From contig JBAZRH010000001.1 in NCBI GenBank assembly GCA_041663045.1, positions 340,403 to 404,402 on the forward strand: a stretch of 64,000 bases of DNA, in the 5' to 3' direction. How positions within the stretch are numbered: the first letter of the stretch is position 1; every line of letters starts with the position of its first letter. Shown piece after piece: positions 35,476-44,810 of this stretch. Below the pieces are notes generated by a model. It was not told the DNA's origin. It did no database searches and saw only the letters and a list, made by a program, of their open reading frames with translations. Source of the DNA: Minisyncoccota bacterium. GTDB lineage: Bacteria > Patescibacteriota > Minisyncoccia > Phycocordibacterales > GWA1-40-21. The position numbers and the translations under genes were made by a program.

Positions 35476-36999
35476 TTGTCAAATATGGATAAAAATAAGA
35501 AAAACAGCATAATAAAGCGCTCCCCCGTTGTCTGTATAATGGGGCATATTGACCATGGGAAATCTACACTCCTCGATTATATTAGAAAGACAAATATAGT
35601 AGACACAGAAGCTGGGGGTATTACCCAGAGAATATCCGCTTATGAAGTCGTGCACAAGACACCAGAAGGCAAAGAAGAAAGGATAACCTTTTTGGATACA
35701 CCTGGGCATGAAGCTTTTGGAGCTATGAGAACATGCGGATCAAGCATAGCTGATATTGCGGTGCTCGTCGTCTCCGCTGAAGAAGGCGTCAAAAAACAAA
35801 CCCTTGAGGCATTGAAATGTATCAATGAAAGTAAAATACCTTATATAGTAGCGATAAATAAAATAGACAGGCCGGATGCAAATGTAGAAAAGACAAAAAA
35901 TTCACTTGTAGAAAATGAAATCTATATCGAGGGCTATGGAGGAAACGTACCTTTTGTACCGATTTCAGCAAAAACAGGGCAAGGTGTGGGTGAGCTCTTG
36001 GACATGATGCTTCTTGTCGCCGAAATGGCTGAGCTTAAGGGAGATATTTCAAAACCGGCAAGCGGAATCGTCGTTGAATCTCATCTGGATAAGAAAAAAG
36101 GGATGACTGCCGTTATAGTAATCAAAGATGGTTCTCTAAAGAACGGAATGTATATCGTCTCCGGAGACAGAATGGCACCGACAAGAATAATGGAAAGTTT
36201 TCTCGGTAAAAAAATCATGGAAGCGACTTTTTCCTCTCCTCTGAGAATCGTCGGCTTTGATAAGCTACCAAGAGCTGGAGCAACTTTCACAAGTTTCAAA
36301 GACAAAAAAGATGCGGAAGATAAAGTGGCAGAATATTTGGAAAACGTAAGAAAAGCTCCAACAAAAATAGTCGACTCGACAGAAGATCCAAACGAAATAT
36401 CTGTACGAGTAATGATAAAAGCCGAAGTTGCCGGGGCTATAGATGCGATAGAGCATGAAATCAAGAAAATAAAAAGTGAGAAAGTGAAGATAAAAATAGT
36501 CGGCTCCGGAATCGGAGACATTACAGAAAATGATGTAAAACTTGCTTCTGGTAGGAACCCTGCGATGATAGTCGGCTTTGCCGTAAGTATAGACGACACC
36601 GCGAAAGATCTAGCAGAAAGATCAGGAATAGAAGTAAAGACATTTGATATCATATACAAAATCGGAGAATGGCTCGGGGAAATAGTTTCAAAAAAGACTC
36701 CAAAGGAAATGGTGGAAGAGACCAGTGCAAAAGTAAAAGTATTAAAAGCTTTCAGTTCGATGAAAGATAAGCATATTATCGGTGGAAGAGTAGAATCTGG
36801 CACTGTGAAGGTTGGGCAAGAAGCCAAGATAATGAGAAAAGACATTGAAATCGGTAGGGGTAAAATAAAGGAGATTCAGCAAGAGAAAGAGAAGGTCGGT
36901 GAGGTGCATGAGGGAGTAGAGTTTGGATGTCAGTTTCAATCAGATATTTCCCCTGCCCCAGGAGATAGATTGGAAATATTTACTGTAGTAGAAAAATGA
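35476..36999 (+). CDS. infB: translation initiation factor IF-2 (short form lacking N-terminal domains)
   Basis: 507 aa; GTP-binding G-domain GHIDHGKST...DTPGH...NKID, followed by beta-barrel domains; followed by rbfA. Confidence 0.9.
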   Translation: MSNMDKNKKNSIIKRSPVVCIMGHIDHGKSTLLDYIRKTNIVDTEAGGITQRISAYEVVHKTPEGKEERITFLDTPGHEAFGAMRTCGSSIADIAVLVVSAEEGVKKQTLEALKCINESKIPYIVAINKIDRPDANVEKTKNSLVENEIYIEGYGGNVPFVPISAKTGQGVGELLDMMLLVAEMAELKGDISKPASGIVVESHLDKKKGMTAVIVIKDGSLKNGMYIVSGDRMAPTRIMESFLGKKIMEATFSSPLRIVGFDKLPRAGATFTSFKDKKDAEDKVAEYLENVRKAPTKIVDSTEDPNEISVRVMIKAEVAGAIDAIEHEIKKIKSEKVKIKIVGSGIGDITENDVKLASGRNPAMIVGFAVSIDDTAKDLAERSGIEVKTFDIIYKIGEWLGEIVSKKTPKEMVEETSAKVKVLKAFSSMKDKHIIGGRVESGTVKVGQEAKIMRKDIEIGRGKIKEIQQEKEKVGEVHEGVEFGCQFQSDISPAPGDRLEIFTVVEK

Positions 37000-37003
37000 C
37001 AAT

Positions 37004-37330
37004 ATGGATTCAAGAAATGAAAAAATAATAAAAATAATCAAGCTTGCCGCGGCAGAGTTTATGCAAAAGGAGTCAAATGGTGCTTCTTTGATGACGATTA
37101 CCGATGTAAGAATGTCAAAAGATGAAAAATATGTTAATATCTTTTTTACGGTATTCCCCGAAGACAAACAGGAAGCCGTGCTTGAATTTTCAAAAAGGAA
37201 GAGGACTGAATTTAGAGATTATGTCAAAAACAATACAAGATTAGGCAGAATCCCAACTTTCGATTTTGAAATAGATCTTGGTGAAAAACACAGACAAAGA
37301 ATCGACGAAATTTCAAGAAATATAAAATAA
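37004..37330 (+). CDS. rbfA: ribosome-binding factor A
   Basis: 108 aa KH-like small protein immediately after infB (conserved infB-rbfA synteny). Confidence 0.65.
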   Translation: MDSRNEKIIKIIKLAAAEFMQKESNGASLMTITDVRMSKDEKYVNIFFTVFPEDKQEAVLEFSKRKRTEFRDYVKNNTRLGRIPTFDFEIDLGEKHRQRIDEISRNIK

Positions 37331-37402
37331 GGCCTAGTCGCCAAGTGGTAAGGCGTTGATCTGCAAAATCAACATACGGCGGTTCGATTCCGCCCTAGGC
37401 CT
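37331..37402 (+). tRNA. tRNA-Cys (anticodon GCA)
   Basis: acceptor GGCCTAG/CTAGGCC, anticodon stem TTGAT/ATCAA with loop CTGCAAA, T-loop TTCGATT. Confidence 0.85.
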
Positions 37403-37444
37403 CAAGAAAATTACGTGAGTAATTTTCTATCAGAATTAAAAAAT

Positions 37445-37527
37445 GCTCGGGTGGCGGAATAGGTATACGCGCAACACTTAAAATGTTGTCTACTATGTAG
37501 ATGTGGGTTCGATTCCCACCCCGAGCA
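37445..37527 (+). tRNA. tRNA-Leu (anticodon TAA), long variable arm
   Basis: acceptor GCTCGGG/CCCGAGC, anticodon stem CAACA/TGTTG with loop CTTAAAA, variable arm TCTACTATGTAGATG. Confidence 0.85.
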
Positions 37528-37539
37528 CAAAATAAAGAT

Positions 37540-37830
37540 ATGGAGAAATTTAATTCAAGGCAACAAGAAAGGGCGAGTGAAAATCTGGACGATGTCCCAA
37601 TGAATGAAAGAAGAGAAGTTCTTCTTAAACTTATAGAATACGGACTTGGTACAATTCACATAAAGGATCTCAATAAATTACCAGAAAGGGATAGGTTGGA
37701 AGTAGCCCAAGCAATTATCGAACATAATTATAGTGATTTGGATATAGTGATGACGGTCTTAACTAAAGAAGAAAAAGAGATTCTACAGGATAAACTCATA
37801 GACTCTGGCCTTAAAAAATCTAGAAAATAA
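37540..37830 (+). CDS. hypothetical protein
   Basis: ORF 37501..37830 trimmed to MEKFN because the upstream part overlaps tRNA-Leu; 96 aa, acidic. Confidence 0.4.
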   Translation: MEKFNSRQQERASENLDDVPMNERREVLLKLIEYGLGTIHIKDLNKLPERDRLEVAQAIIEHNYSDLDIVMTVLTKEEKEILQDKLIDSGLKKSRK

Positions 37831-37869
37831 TTTGATTTTATAAAGATTTTCTGGTATTTTACTATGCAT

Positions 37870-37942
37870 GCGCCCATAGCTCAGCTGGTAGAGCAGATCC
37901 CTCTTAAGGATAAGGTCGTAGGTTCGATCCCTACTGGGCGCA
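37870..37942 (+). tRNA. tRNA-Lys (anticodon CTT)
   Basis: acceptor GCGCCCA/TGGGCGC, D-arm TAGCTCAGCTGGTAGAGC, anticodon loop CTCTTAA, T-loop TTCGATC. Confidence 0.8.
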
Positions 37943-38124
37943 CAATTTTTAAAACTGCTGGGAGCCGTTTTAAAAATTGTGCGAGCCGGAATTATTTTTT
38001 CTAGCAGGAAAAAGTAATGAGGCGGGGTCGCGAAAATTTTCGAGCGACGGCGAGAAAATTATTTGTGACCACATAATAAGAGAATGAGTGTACTGACCAT
38101 GTAATGGTCGATACCCTACTGGGC
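37943..38124 (+). repeat. tRNA-trailer module attached to tRNA-Lys. Ends with a direct repeat (TCGAT[A]CCCTACTGGGC, 38108..38124) of the tRNA 3' end
   Basis: a 17-bp hairpin CGCACAATTTTTAAAAC/GTTTTAAAAATTGTGCG incorporates the tRNA 3' end; blocks GAGGCGGGGTCGCGA, GAGCGACGGCGAG and TTGTGACC shared with the Gly/Glu/Phe modules. Confidence 0.75.
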
Positions 38125-38134
38125 AAATAATATT

Positions 38135-38218
38135 GGGCGAGTGGCGAAATTGGCAGACGCATCAGCCTTAGGAGCTGACGATAGTAATATCATGGAGGTT
38201 CAAGTCCTCTCTCGCCCA
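38135..38218 (+). tRNA. tRNA-Leu (anticodon TAG), long variable arm
   Basis: acceptor GGGCGAG/CTCGCCC, anticodon stem TCAGC/GCTGA with loop CTTAGGA, T-arm GGAGGTTCAAGTCCTCT. Confidence 0.85.
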
Positions 38219-38297
38219 CAAAAAAGTATCTTGACTATTTTTGTTAAAAGAATAGTATTTGAAATGGGATTGTAAGATAAAAAGAAAGGGGCAGATT

Positions 38298-38681
38298 ATG
38301 CCTAATGGACATGGAGATAAAAAATACGGTCCGCATAAATATGCAGATCATGGTGGGACATCTGATTGCGAACACAAGTGTGGTTGCTGGATGGGACCAA
38401 GTCGTTCTGGCGGTCCGGTGGGGATAAACCCATTCGGACAATGCCCTGGCAACCCATTGGATGGTCAAAAACTCGGTGGGAAAGAGGACTACGAGTTGGT
38501 TGTAGATCAGCGCATTGCTGACTTGGAACAACGGGTCTGGAAAGCCGAAGAAGCCCTGAAGAAAGTCCGTCCAAGCAAGAAGAAGATTGTCGATGAACTT
38601 GAGCAAGCGAAGAAAAAACTCGCCGAAGCAAAAGAACTCATCGAAGATTGGCAGAAAAAGGCTGCCGAACTTGCCTGGTAA
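38298..38681 (+). CDS. hypothetical Cys/His/Gly-rich small protein with C-terminal coiled coil (GC-rich gene)
   Basis: ORF 38259..38681 trimmed to ATG at 38298 (AAGGGG RBS). N-terminal half has C..H..C.C and C.G motifs. C-terminal half is Lys/Glu-rich heptads. About 50% GC. Confidence 0.5.
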   Translation: MPNGHGDKKYGPHKYADHGGTSDCEHKCGCWMGPSRSGGPVGINPFGQCPGNPLDGQKLGGKEDYELVVDQRIADLEQRVWKAEEALKKVRPSKKKIVDELEQAKKKLAEAKELIEDWQKKAAELAW

Positions 38682-38689
38682 GACATCTT

Positions 38690-38768
38690 TCGACCAAGAT
38701 CGCTAGTGTTGTTTAAACACTAGCGATCTTTTATTACTCAAAAGGCGGTTTGCTTCGCAAAACGCCTT
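38690..38768. terminator. two adjacent terminator hairpins (AAGATCGCTAGTGTT...AACACTAGCGATCTT and AAAAGGCGGTTTGC-TTCG-GCAAAACGCCTTTT) between convergent genes
   Basis: perfect stems with flanking T/A runs on both strands. Confidence 0.75.
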
Positions 38769-38808
38769 TTGAATTTATTTTTATTATTCGAATGATTCTT
38801 ATATTTAC

Positions 38809-41112
38809 CTACATTATCTCGCACACCCCGCCCGCGCAAGCGAGCTCTTTCTTTACATCTGTCTCGTCTATCTTTTCATAAGTAATAATTTTCGAATAGT
38901 CTATATGCTCAAAATTCTTAAGCATTTCTTTATATCTCTTTTCATCTATCTCCTCATAAGGAGCAAGCTGATACACATGATTATCTCGTGGTAAGAATGA
39001 AAGTCCGCCAATCATATCCCAATTCCTATAAAGCCACTGGGCAACTTCGATCCATTCTCCATCGCCGATAGAAATAGTTACCGATGGATTGTGTTCTGTA
39101 TAGTATGTCTTGACCATTTTCCAATGCTCTAGCTGTTGTATGGCTGTCTGATCATTTCTAAATGTAGATCCTTTCGGAGATTTCACCGGGAATTCAAATA
39201 CAAAAGTATCTGCTTTTTCTTTTGTCTGACCGACTTCTGGGAAATGCGTCACACCCTGATCACGAAGCATTTTGAAGAGTGAGTCTGTAGCCGAGATACG
39301 GACTCTGCGGATATAATATGGAGCATAGCGAGGGTGCATACCAGATGAGAAGTTGAATGTTTGCGAAGAATTCCCGTCTGGCTTTACACAAGTAGTAGCT
39401 GTCGATTCTGCAATACCGAATCTTTTTGCATACACTTTATTTACCTTTATCGATTCATTCTTCATCTTTTCAAGCATTTTTGGAGTCCTGACAAGCTCGC
39501 AATCCCATTGACCGGCAAGTCCAATACCGAGAAGTCTCTCCCTCTCACAATTTTCTTTCCATTCTTTTGAAAGATAGCCAAAATTCGTAAGAGAGGCTTG
39601 ATATGTACCGATAATCGTAGCTATTCTTATTTTCCTCAAAAGTGACGCTTCTGTATCGCCTTCTCTTGCAATAACATTTGTAAGGTTACAGAATTGTTTT
39701 GACTGCAAGATAATCTCTCCGCAAGGATTCGTACCGATAAGCCTCTTACCTGTCAGGTTTGTGCCGTCAAAAAGACCTTCCTCCTTCCAAACTTTTAATC
39801 TTCTAGCCGGAGTTGTTGTAGGTAAACCTCCGCGGTTGAATATTCCCCTCTCTCCAGAGCCTGATTTCATAAGGGCAATCCATTCATCGAGGAATTCCTC
39901 TTCTTTTGGCTTTTGTAAATATACAGCAGAATTGTTGGCGAGTGATCTTTGACCTTCTGTGAGATAAAATTGACCCTTTTTCGCATCGCGAATCTTTTCA
40001 TCATCCAAATCTGATAGTGATATCATCGCGCTTCTCCTGACACCTCCTGAGACGACGATCTGACCGATCATACACATAATATCGTGCGCATCGATATTTT
40101 CTAGACGCCTTCCTTGTCGATTCAAAAGCTTCCTCTTTGCGAAGATTAGAAGATTCTTCAATGGCTCAGGGCCAGATGATTTGCCACCCATGATCTTTAA
40201 CCTTGCTCCGGCAGGGCGAAGCTGTGAGAAATCGAATTCAATATCCATTCCGTCTGCCCAAGTGGTAAGACCGATTGTAAGTGCGTCACACCACCCTTCT
40301 TTGCTGTCTGGTATTACAAAAGTCGGAAGCTTTTTGCCTGTTTGGAATTTAATTTGAGGAAGTTGTTGAATATTTTGGCTTTCAGCAGACCAACCGCATC
40401 CAGTACCACACATAGAGATATACATGATCTCTGCAAAATCCTGCCACTTCGTTGGAGCGATGTATGAACAGTTGTATGCACAGACATTTGTCTTCTCGGC
40501 TGCCTGACCTGCAAACTGCAAAAGTCGCATCGAGGGCATCGCCTCTTGTTTCAAAATCGTTTGGCGAACTTCTTTGTATTCATCGTCTTTAAGTTTCTTG
40601 CCGAGATTCTTTTTCATGAAATCCATATATCGATCTACGGTCTCGATCCATGTCTCGCGTCTTTGCTCTGCAGGTATCCATCGAGCATATGTTCTGTAAT
40701 AGACAAACTCTCCAAGAGGATTGCTAAAATATTTCTTGCTATCTTCGGTAAGCTTTTTTACATGTGGAGGGACTTGAATTCCAACCTCTCTTAGCTTGTT
40801 CCTCTCTTGTCTATAGATAATATATTCCTTTGCGGACTTAACATATTCGCTTAAAATAAGCTCTCTTTCCACAATATCTTGAATACCTTCAATATCCGGC
40901 AGAAAATCCTTAAACTTTTTAGCGATTTTTACAAGTTCAGCCAAAACTTTGTTCGCGACGAGCTCTGCTTCTTCTATTGAACCTTCTCCGACAACAGTCA
41001 TCGCTTTATTTATTGCGATTGTTATCTTTGACAATTCAAAAGGCACAACTGAACCATCTCTTTTTTCTACGCTCTTGATTAGGTGAGCTCTCCCGCTTCC
41101 TGTTTTGACCAT
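38809..41112 (-). CDS. nrdJ: ribonucleotide reductase, class II (adenosylcobalamin-dependent, NrdJ-like) with N-terminal ATP-cone
   Basis: 767 aa; ATP-cone (VEKRDGSVVPFELSKI), active-site NPCGEI, C-terminal redox pair CAGGVCEIM; no tyrosyl-radical subunit gene adjacent. Confidence 0.7.
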   Translation of the reverse strand: MVKTGSGRAHLIKSVEKRDGSVVPFELSKITIAINKAMTVVGEGSIEEAELVANKVLAELVKIAKKFKDFLPDIEGIQDIVERELILSEYVKSAKEYIIYRQERNKLREVGIQVPPHVKKLTEDSKKYFSNPLGEFVYYRTYARWIPAEQRRETWIETVDRYMDFMKKNLGKKLKDDEYKEVRQTILKQEAMPSMRLLQFAGQAAEKTNVCAYNCSYIAPTKWQDFAEIMYISMCGTGCGWSAESQNIQQLPQIKFQTGKKLPTFVIPDSKEGWCDALTIGLTTWADGMDIEFDFSQLRPAGARLKIMGGKSSGPEPLKNLLIFAKRKLLNRQGRRLENIDAHDIMCMIGQIVVSGGVRRSAMISLSDLDDEKIRDAKKGQFYLTEGQRSLANNSAVYLQKPKEEEFLDEWIALMKSGSGERGIFNRGGLPTTTPARRLKVWKEEGLFDGTNLTGKRLIGTNPCGEIILQSKQFCNLTNVIAREGDTEASLLRKIRIATIIGTYQASLTNFGYLSKEWKENCERERLLGIGLAGQWDCELVRTPKMLEKMKNESIKVNKVYAKRFGIAESTATTCVKPDGNSSQTFNFSSGMHPRYAPYYIRRVRISATDSLFKMLRDQGVTHFPEVGQTKEKADTFVFEFPVKSPKGSTFRNDQTAIQQLEHWKMVKTYYTEHNPSVTISIGDGEWIEVAQWLYRNWDMIGGLSFLPRDNHVYQLAPYEEIDEKRYKEMLKNFEHIDYSKIITYEKIDETDVKKELACAGGVCEIM

Positions 41113-41495
41113 ACGATTTATAAAATTTTATCTAATTAATAATGTAGAGTAATTTTACACCAAAAACGAGCAAAGAAAATACAAAAACAACTTTTTTACG
41201 AAAAAGAAATCAAAAAAAAGACGGTGTAAAGCTCATCGTTGTAAGATGCCTATAAATCAAGTGATTTTCAAAAAATATTCTAGAGAAATAGCTGGGGCGT
41301 TTTTTATTTTTTGCATAAAAAATAAAAAACGCCCCTATCCACACCCCATTTCCCATTTACCCCGTTGGAAATCCACAATAAATCAAAAATAGATAATGGA
41401 GTATCACGAGTGATTTCAATATTATTTGTTTTCTTTGTTTATAAGATTTCCAATTGGGGCTTGTTCCCACCAGAACAGCATGAGTTGATTAGTCC

Positions 41496-42032
41496 CTATC
41501 TACTTATTTCCAAAATAGAAATTTTGTTTCCCACCATCAAACTATTTTTATCAGAAAAGCCTGACGGAAGCTCTAAGACATATTTGGCAAAATAATCTTG
41601 TCCAAAGGCCTTCGGATATGTACTAATAGCGACACTTTTTTCAATACCAATGACAGAAAAATCTGTATTGATCCACACAATATCTATCGGAAAATTCATA
41701 TCCTTCATCCAGAAACCGTAATTCCCCTCTTTTTCAAAAATAAAGAGCATTCCTGTGTCATCTGAAAGCAGATTTCTACCAGAAAGCCCGACTTCTCTTT
41801 TATAATCTGTATCAGAAACATCTACTTCTATTATTTTCCCTCCGATTTCGATTTGTGCCTTGTCGTATTTGATACACGGAGTGGTCGGCTTCTCTAATGT
41901 CGGATTTCCATGTCGCTCCCATTGTCCGTCTTTACAAATCCAAAGATCCTCATCGCCAGAAAAACCCCTGACTATTAATACAAGGATTAAAATGATTAGT
42001 ATCCAGATAAGAATCTTTAAAAAAGTTTTCAT
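41496..42032 (-). CDS. DUF192 domain protein (COG1430-like), membrane anchored
   Basis: 178 aa; GLSGRNLLSDDTGMLFIF...FWMKDMNFPIDIVWI matches the DUF192 core. Confidence 0.6.
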   Translation of the reverse strand: MKTFLKILIWILIILILVLIVRGFSGDEDLWICKDGQWERHGNPTLEKPTTPCIKYDKAQIEIGGKIIEVDVSDTDYKREVGLSGRNLLSDDTGMLFIFEKEGNYGFWMKDMNFPIDIVWINTDFSVIGIEKSVAISTYPKAFGQDYFAKYVLELPSGFSDKNSLMVGNKISILEISR

Positions 42033-42037
42033 AATGT

Positions 42038-42436
42038 CTATTCTGTAGTCACTCCATCAAACTCTGGTCCGTCGGCTTCTGCCTCCGCCTTCGTCGCACG
42101 CACGACGCCGTCTTTGTGATGCGCTGGTGAATAGATAGTATAAAGTTTCAAATCTTCTGTGGCTGAAATATTTATAATATTATGTTTCGCTCCCGCAGGG
42201 ACGACTATCGCAAAGCCGTCTGATAAAGCATATTCGTTGCCGTCGATAATACATCTGCCTTGCCCTTTCTCAATACGGAAAAATTGATCGTTGTCAGTGT
42301 GAGTTTCCATTCCAATCTCCTCTTTCGGTTTCAAGCTCATCAAGACGAGCTGGCTATGCTTGCCAGTGTAAAGTACTTTTCTGAAATTCTTATTCCCCAA
42401 GGTCTCCTTTTCAATATTTTTACAAAATCCTTTCAT
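42038..42436 (-). CDS. cupin domain protein
   Basis: 132 aa; two-motif cupin pattern (GMETHTDNDQFFRIEKGQG ... FAIVVPAGAKHNIIN). Confidence 0.65.
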   Translation of the reverse strand: MKGFCKNIEKETLGNKNFRKVLYTGKHSQLVLMSLKPKEEIGMETHTDNDQFFRIEKGQGRCIIDGNEYALSDGFAIVVPAGAKHNIINISATEDLKLYTIYSPAHHKDGVVRATKAEAEADGPEFDGVTTE

Positions 42437-42440
42437 ATTT

Positions 42441-42896
42441 TTATTTATTAGCTAATAACTCTTCACGAATTTCCATCCAAATCTTACCTACCTCATTTCG
42501 CCCCTTACCATTTTCACCATCATCCCAAAAACCATCTCCGGGTGGATAAGTTACAATATGTTTTACAATTTTCTGATCATTTGTATTGAATAACGCCTTA
42601 CGCACTTCCTCGTGTTGGAGGGCTTTAAGTCTCATCAATTTCTTCATCACTTCTCTTTTATATTCTTCCTTCTTGAACTCTGGGATTTGAAGTTCTTTAT
42701 ATTTAGTAGAAACTTCCCATGCTTTTACCGGACTGTGAGTACTCTTAATCTCTTCTATGATATTTTTATCTGTGTATCTCATACACTGATAAGCATGTTC
42801 TACTGTTGGATACAAAATTCCACCAACTTCAATCGCATGAGAAGTATAAGGTGAAAAATATATATAAAATATTTCTAATGGCACAACCTTACTCAT
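42441..42896 (-). CDS. NADAR (DUF1768, YbiA-like) family protein
   Basis: ORF 42441..42956 trimmed to MSKVV because the upstream part overlaps tRNA-Ser; FSPYTSHA...PTVEHAYQ signature. Confidence 0.55.
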   Translation of the reverse strand: MSKVVPLEIFYIYFSPYTSHAIEVGGILYPTVEHAYQCMRYTDKNIIEEIKSTHSPVKAWEVSTKYKELQIPEFKKEEYKREVMKKLMRLKALQHEEVRKALFNTNDQKIVKHIVTYPPGDGFWDDGENGKGRNEVGKIWMEIREELLANK

Positions 42897-42919
42897 ACTT
42901 TTTATTATAACACCTTCTG

Positions 42920-43004
42920 CGGAGACGGCGAGATTCGAACTCGCGGGAGCTTTCACCCCACTCGCTTTCCAAGCGAGCGCACTAGACCACTATGCGACGT
43001 CTCC
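42920..43004 (-). tRNA. tRNA-Ser (anticodon GGA), long variable arm
   Basis: acceptor GGAGACG/CGTCTCC, anticodon stem CTCGC/GCGAG with loop TTGGAAA, variable arm TGGGGTGAAAGCTCCC, T-loop TTCGAAT. Confidence 0.8.
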
Positions 43005-43076
43005 GTAGAAGCTATAATAAATGAAAAAAGACAAAATTGAAAGGGCGTCCGCCTCAGGCGGACGCCCTTTCAATTT

Positions 43077-43967
43077 TTATTCAATATTCATTCCTGTAAG
43101 TGCTTTCACTCTCGCTTCTACTGGTGGATGTGTGCTGAAAAGATTGGAGATTCTCCTGCCTGCCCCACCAAAAGGATTTGCGATAAAAAGGTGTGCTGTT
43201 GCAGAATTTGCCGTCTTCATCGGCGCACTGTAGGCAGATATTTTTTGCAAAGCTGAAGCAAGGCCTTCTGGATACCTTGTAAGAAGCGCTCCGGAAGCAT
43301 CGGCGAGGAATTCTCTTTTTCTTGAAATAGCGAGTTGAATAAGCTGGGCGATAACTGGTGAGAGAATTATAAAAATAATTCCGATAATCATGAGCACTCC
43401 TCCGCCTTTTCCACTGTCTCTATTCCCCCTACCCATACCTCCTCTCAGAAACATATTTGCAAGAAGTGAGATAAAGCCGACAAGCACCACCACGACAGTA
43501 GAAAGTAAAATATCTCTATTTCCAATATGCGAAAGCTCATGAGCTATCACTCCCTGAAGTTCAGACTTGTCCAAAATCTGCAAAAGCCCCGATGTCACCG
43601 CCACGGCAGAATGTTCTTTGTCTCTTCCTGTTGCAAAAGCATTTGGTGCACTATCATTTATAATATAAACTCTTGGCATCGGAAGCCCAGCTGTGATAGA
43701 AAGATTCTCGACTGTGTGATATAGCTCCGGATATTCTTCATGTGTCGCCGGTTTTGCTCCCGATACCGAAAGTGCAATCTTATCCGAATACCAATAACTC
43801 AAAACATTCATTACAATACTGAAAATAATCGCAAAATATAAAATTCCAGGATTATTATAGTAATAGCTTATAAAATACCCTATCGCCACAATAATCACCA
43901 AAAACACGGCCATCAAAAACCACGTCCTCGCGACATTTTTAGATTGTTGGGTGTAAAGGGTGGCCAT
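43077..43967 (-). CDS. htpX: zinc metalloprotease HtpX (peptidase M48)
   Basis: 296 aa; two N-terminal TM helices, HELSHI (HExxH) motif, downstream EADA-like segment. Confidence 0.9.
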   Translation of the reverse strand: MATLYTQQSKNVARTWFLMAVFLVIIVAIGYFISYYYNNPGILYFAIIFSIVMNVLSYWYSDKIALSVSGAKPATHEEYPELYHTVENLSITAGLPMPRVYIINDSAPNAFATGRDKEHSAVAVTSGLLQILDKSELQGVIAHELSHIGNRDILLSTVVVVLVGFISLLANMFLRGGMGRGNRDSGKGGGVLMIIGIIFIILSPVIAQLIQLAISRKREFLADASGALLTRYPEGLASALQKISAYSAPMKTANSATAHLFIANPFGGAGRRISNLFSTHPPVEARVKALTGMNIE

Positions 43968-44165
43968 AATTATTGTATAGAACCCCAGAATAAATTTTAT
44001 TTATTAATTAGGGGCAAACCGCTTCGCCTATAAAAGGACGGCCTATTCGGCCACGCAGTTTGCGTTTCCAAAATAGATATTAATTCTATATTAACGCTAA
44101 ATAAGTAGCAAACGATAAAATTTATACGGGGTTTAAGAAAATATAGTCGCTTCGCTCGTTATTTT

Positions 44166-44726
44166 CTAAAATTTCACCTCTACCGGTTGCTTTGCGGCGG
44201 TGGCTTCTGCTTCATCTAGAGCAAATAGCTCCATCTTCACAAAGTGAAATAGTTTACCGATTAGATTGCTTGGGAAAGAATCTATCGCGATATTCAAGTC
44301 TCTGACATTGCCATTGTAGAACCTTCTTGCGGACTGGATTTTGTCTTCTGTATCTGTAAGTTCACTCTGAAGAGAAAGGAAGTTCTGATTGGCCTTTAGA
44401 TCTGGATATGCCTCGGCGACAGCAAAGACGCTTTTCAAAGCACTGGCAAGCATATTTTCTGCCTTCCCTTTGTCCACTATATTCTGTGCACCCATAGCTG
44501 CAGCTCTGGCTTTTGTAACATTGTCGAAAGTGGATGTCTCATGCGCAGCATAGCCCTTCACAGTATTTACAAGGTTTGGAATAAGATCGTATCTCCTTTT
44601 TAGCTGAACATCTATATCAGACCATGCTTCTTTGGCTCTGTTTATAAGAGTGATAAATTTGTTATAGGCAAAAATCGCCCAGACTATCAAAACTACTAAA
44701 ATACCAACTATTATATATCCTGTCAT
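44166..44726 (-). CDS. lemA: LemA family protein
   Basis: 186 aa; N-terminal TM helix and conserved LemA core (AWSDIDVQLKRRYDLIPNLV). Confidence 0.85.
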   Translation of the reverse strand: MTGYIIVGILVVLIVWAIFAYNKFITLINRAKEAWSDIDVQLKRRYDLIPNLVNTVKGYAAHETSTFDNVTKARAAAMGAQNIVDKGKAENMLASALKSVFAVAEAYPDLKANQNFLSLQSELTDTEDKIQSARRFYNGNVRDLNIAIDSFPSNLIGKLFHFVKMELFALDEAEATAAKQPVEVKF

Positions 44727-44810
44727 ATTGTTTAGATTTAAATTAAAAGCAAAGGCAAAATACCTTGCTCCCTGCTATTATACCACAAAATGAAAAGGAA
44801 AGCATATTTT

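Noticed and set aside
41365-41595. ORF 41365..41595(+), 76 aa
   Set aside because: It overlaps the 3' end of the DUF192 gene on the opposite strand. It is AT-rich with no RBS and is probably noise.
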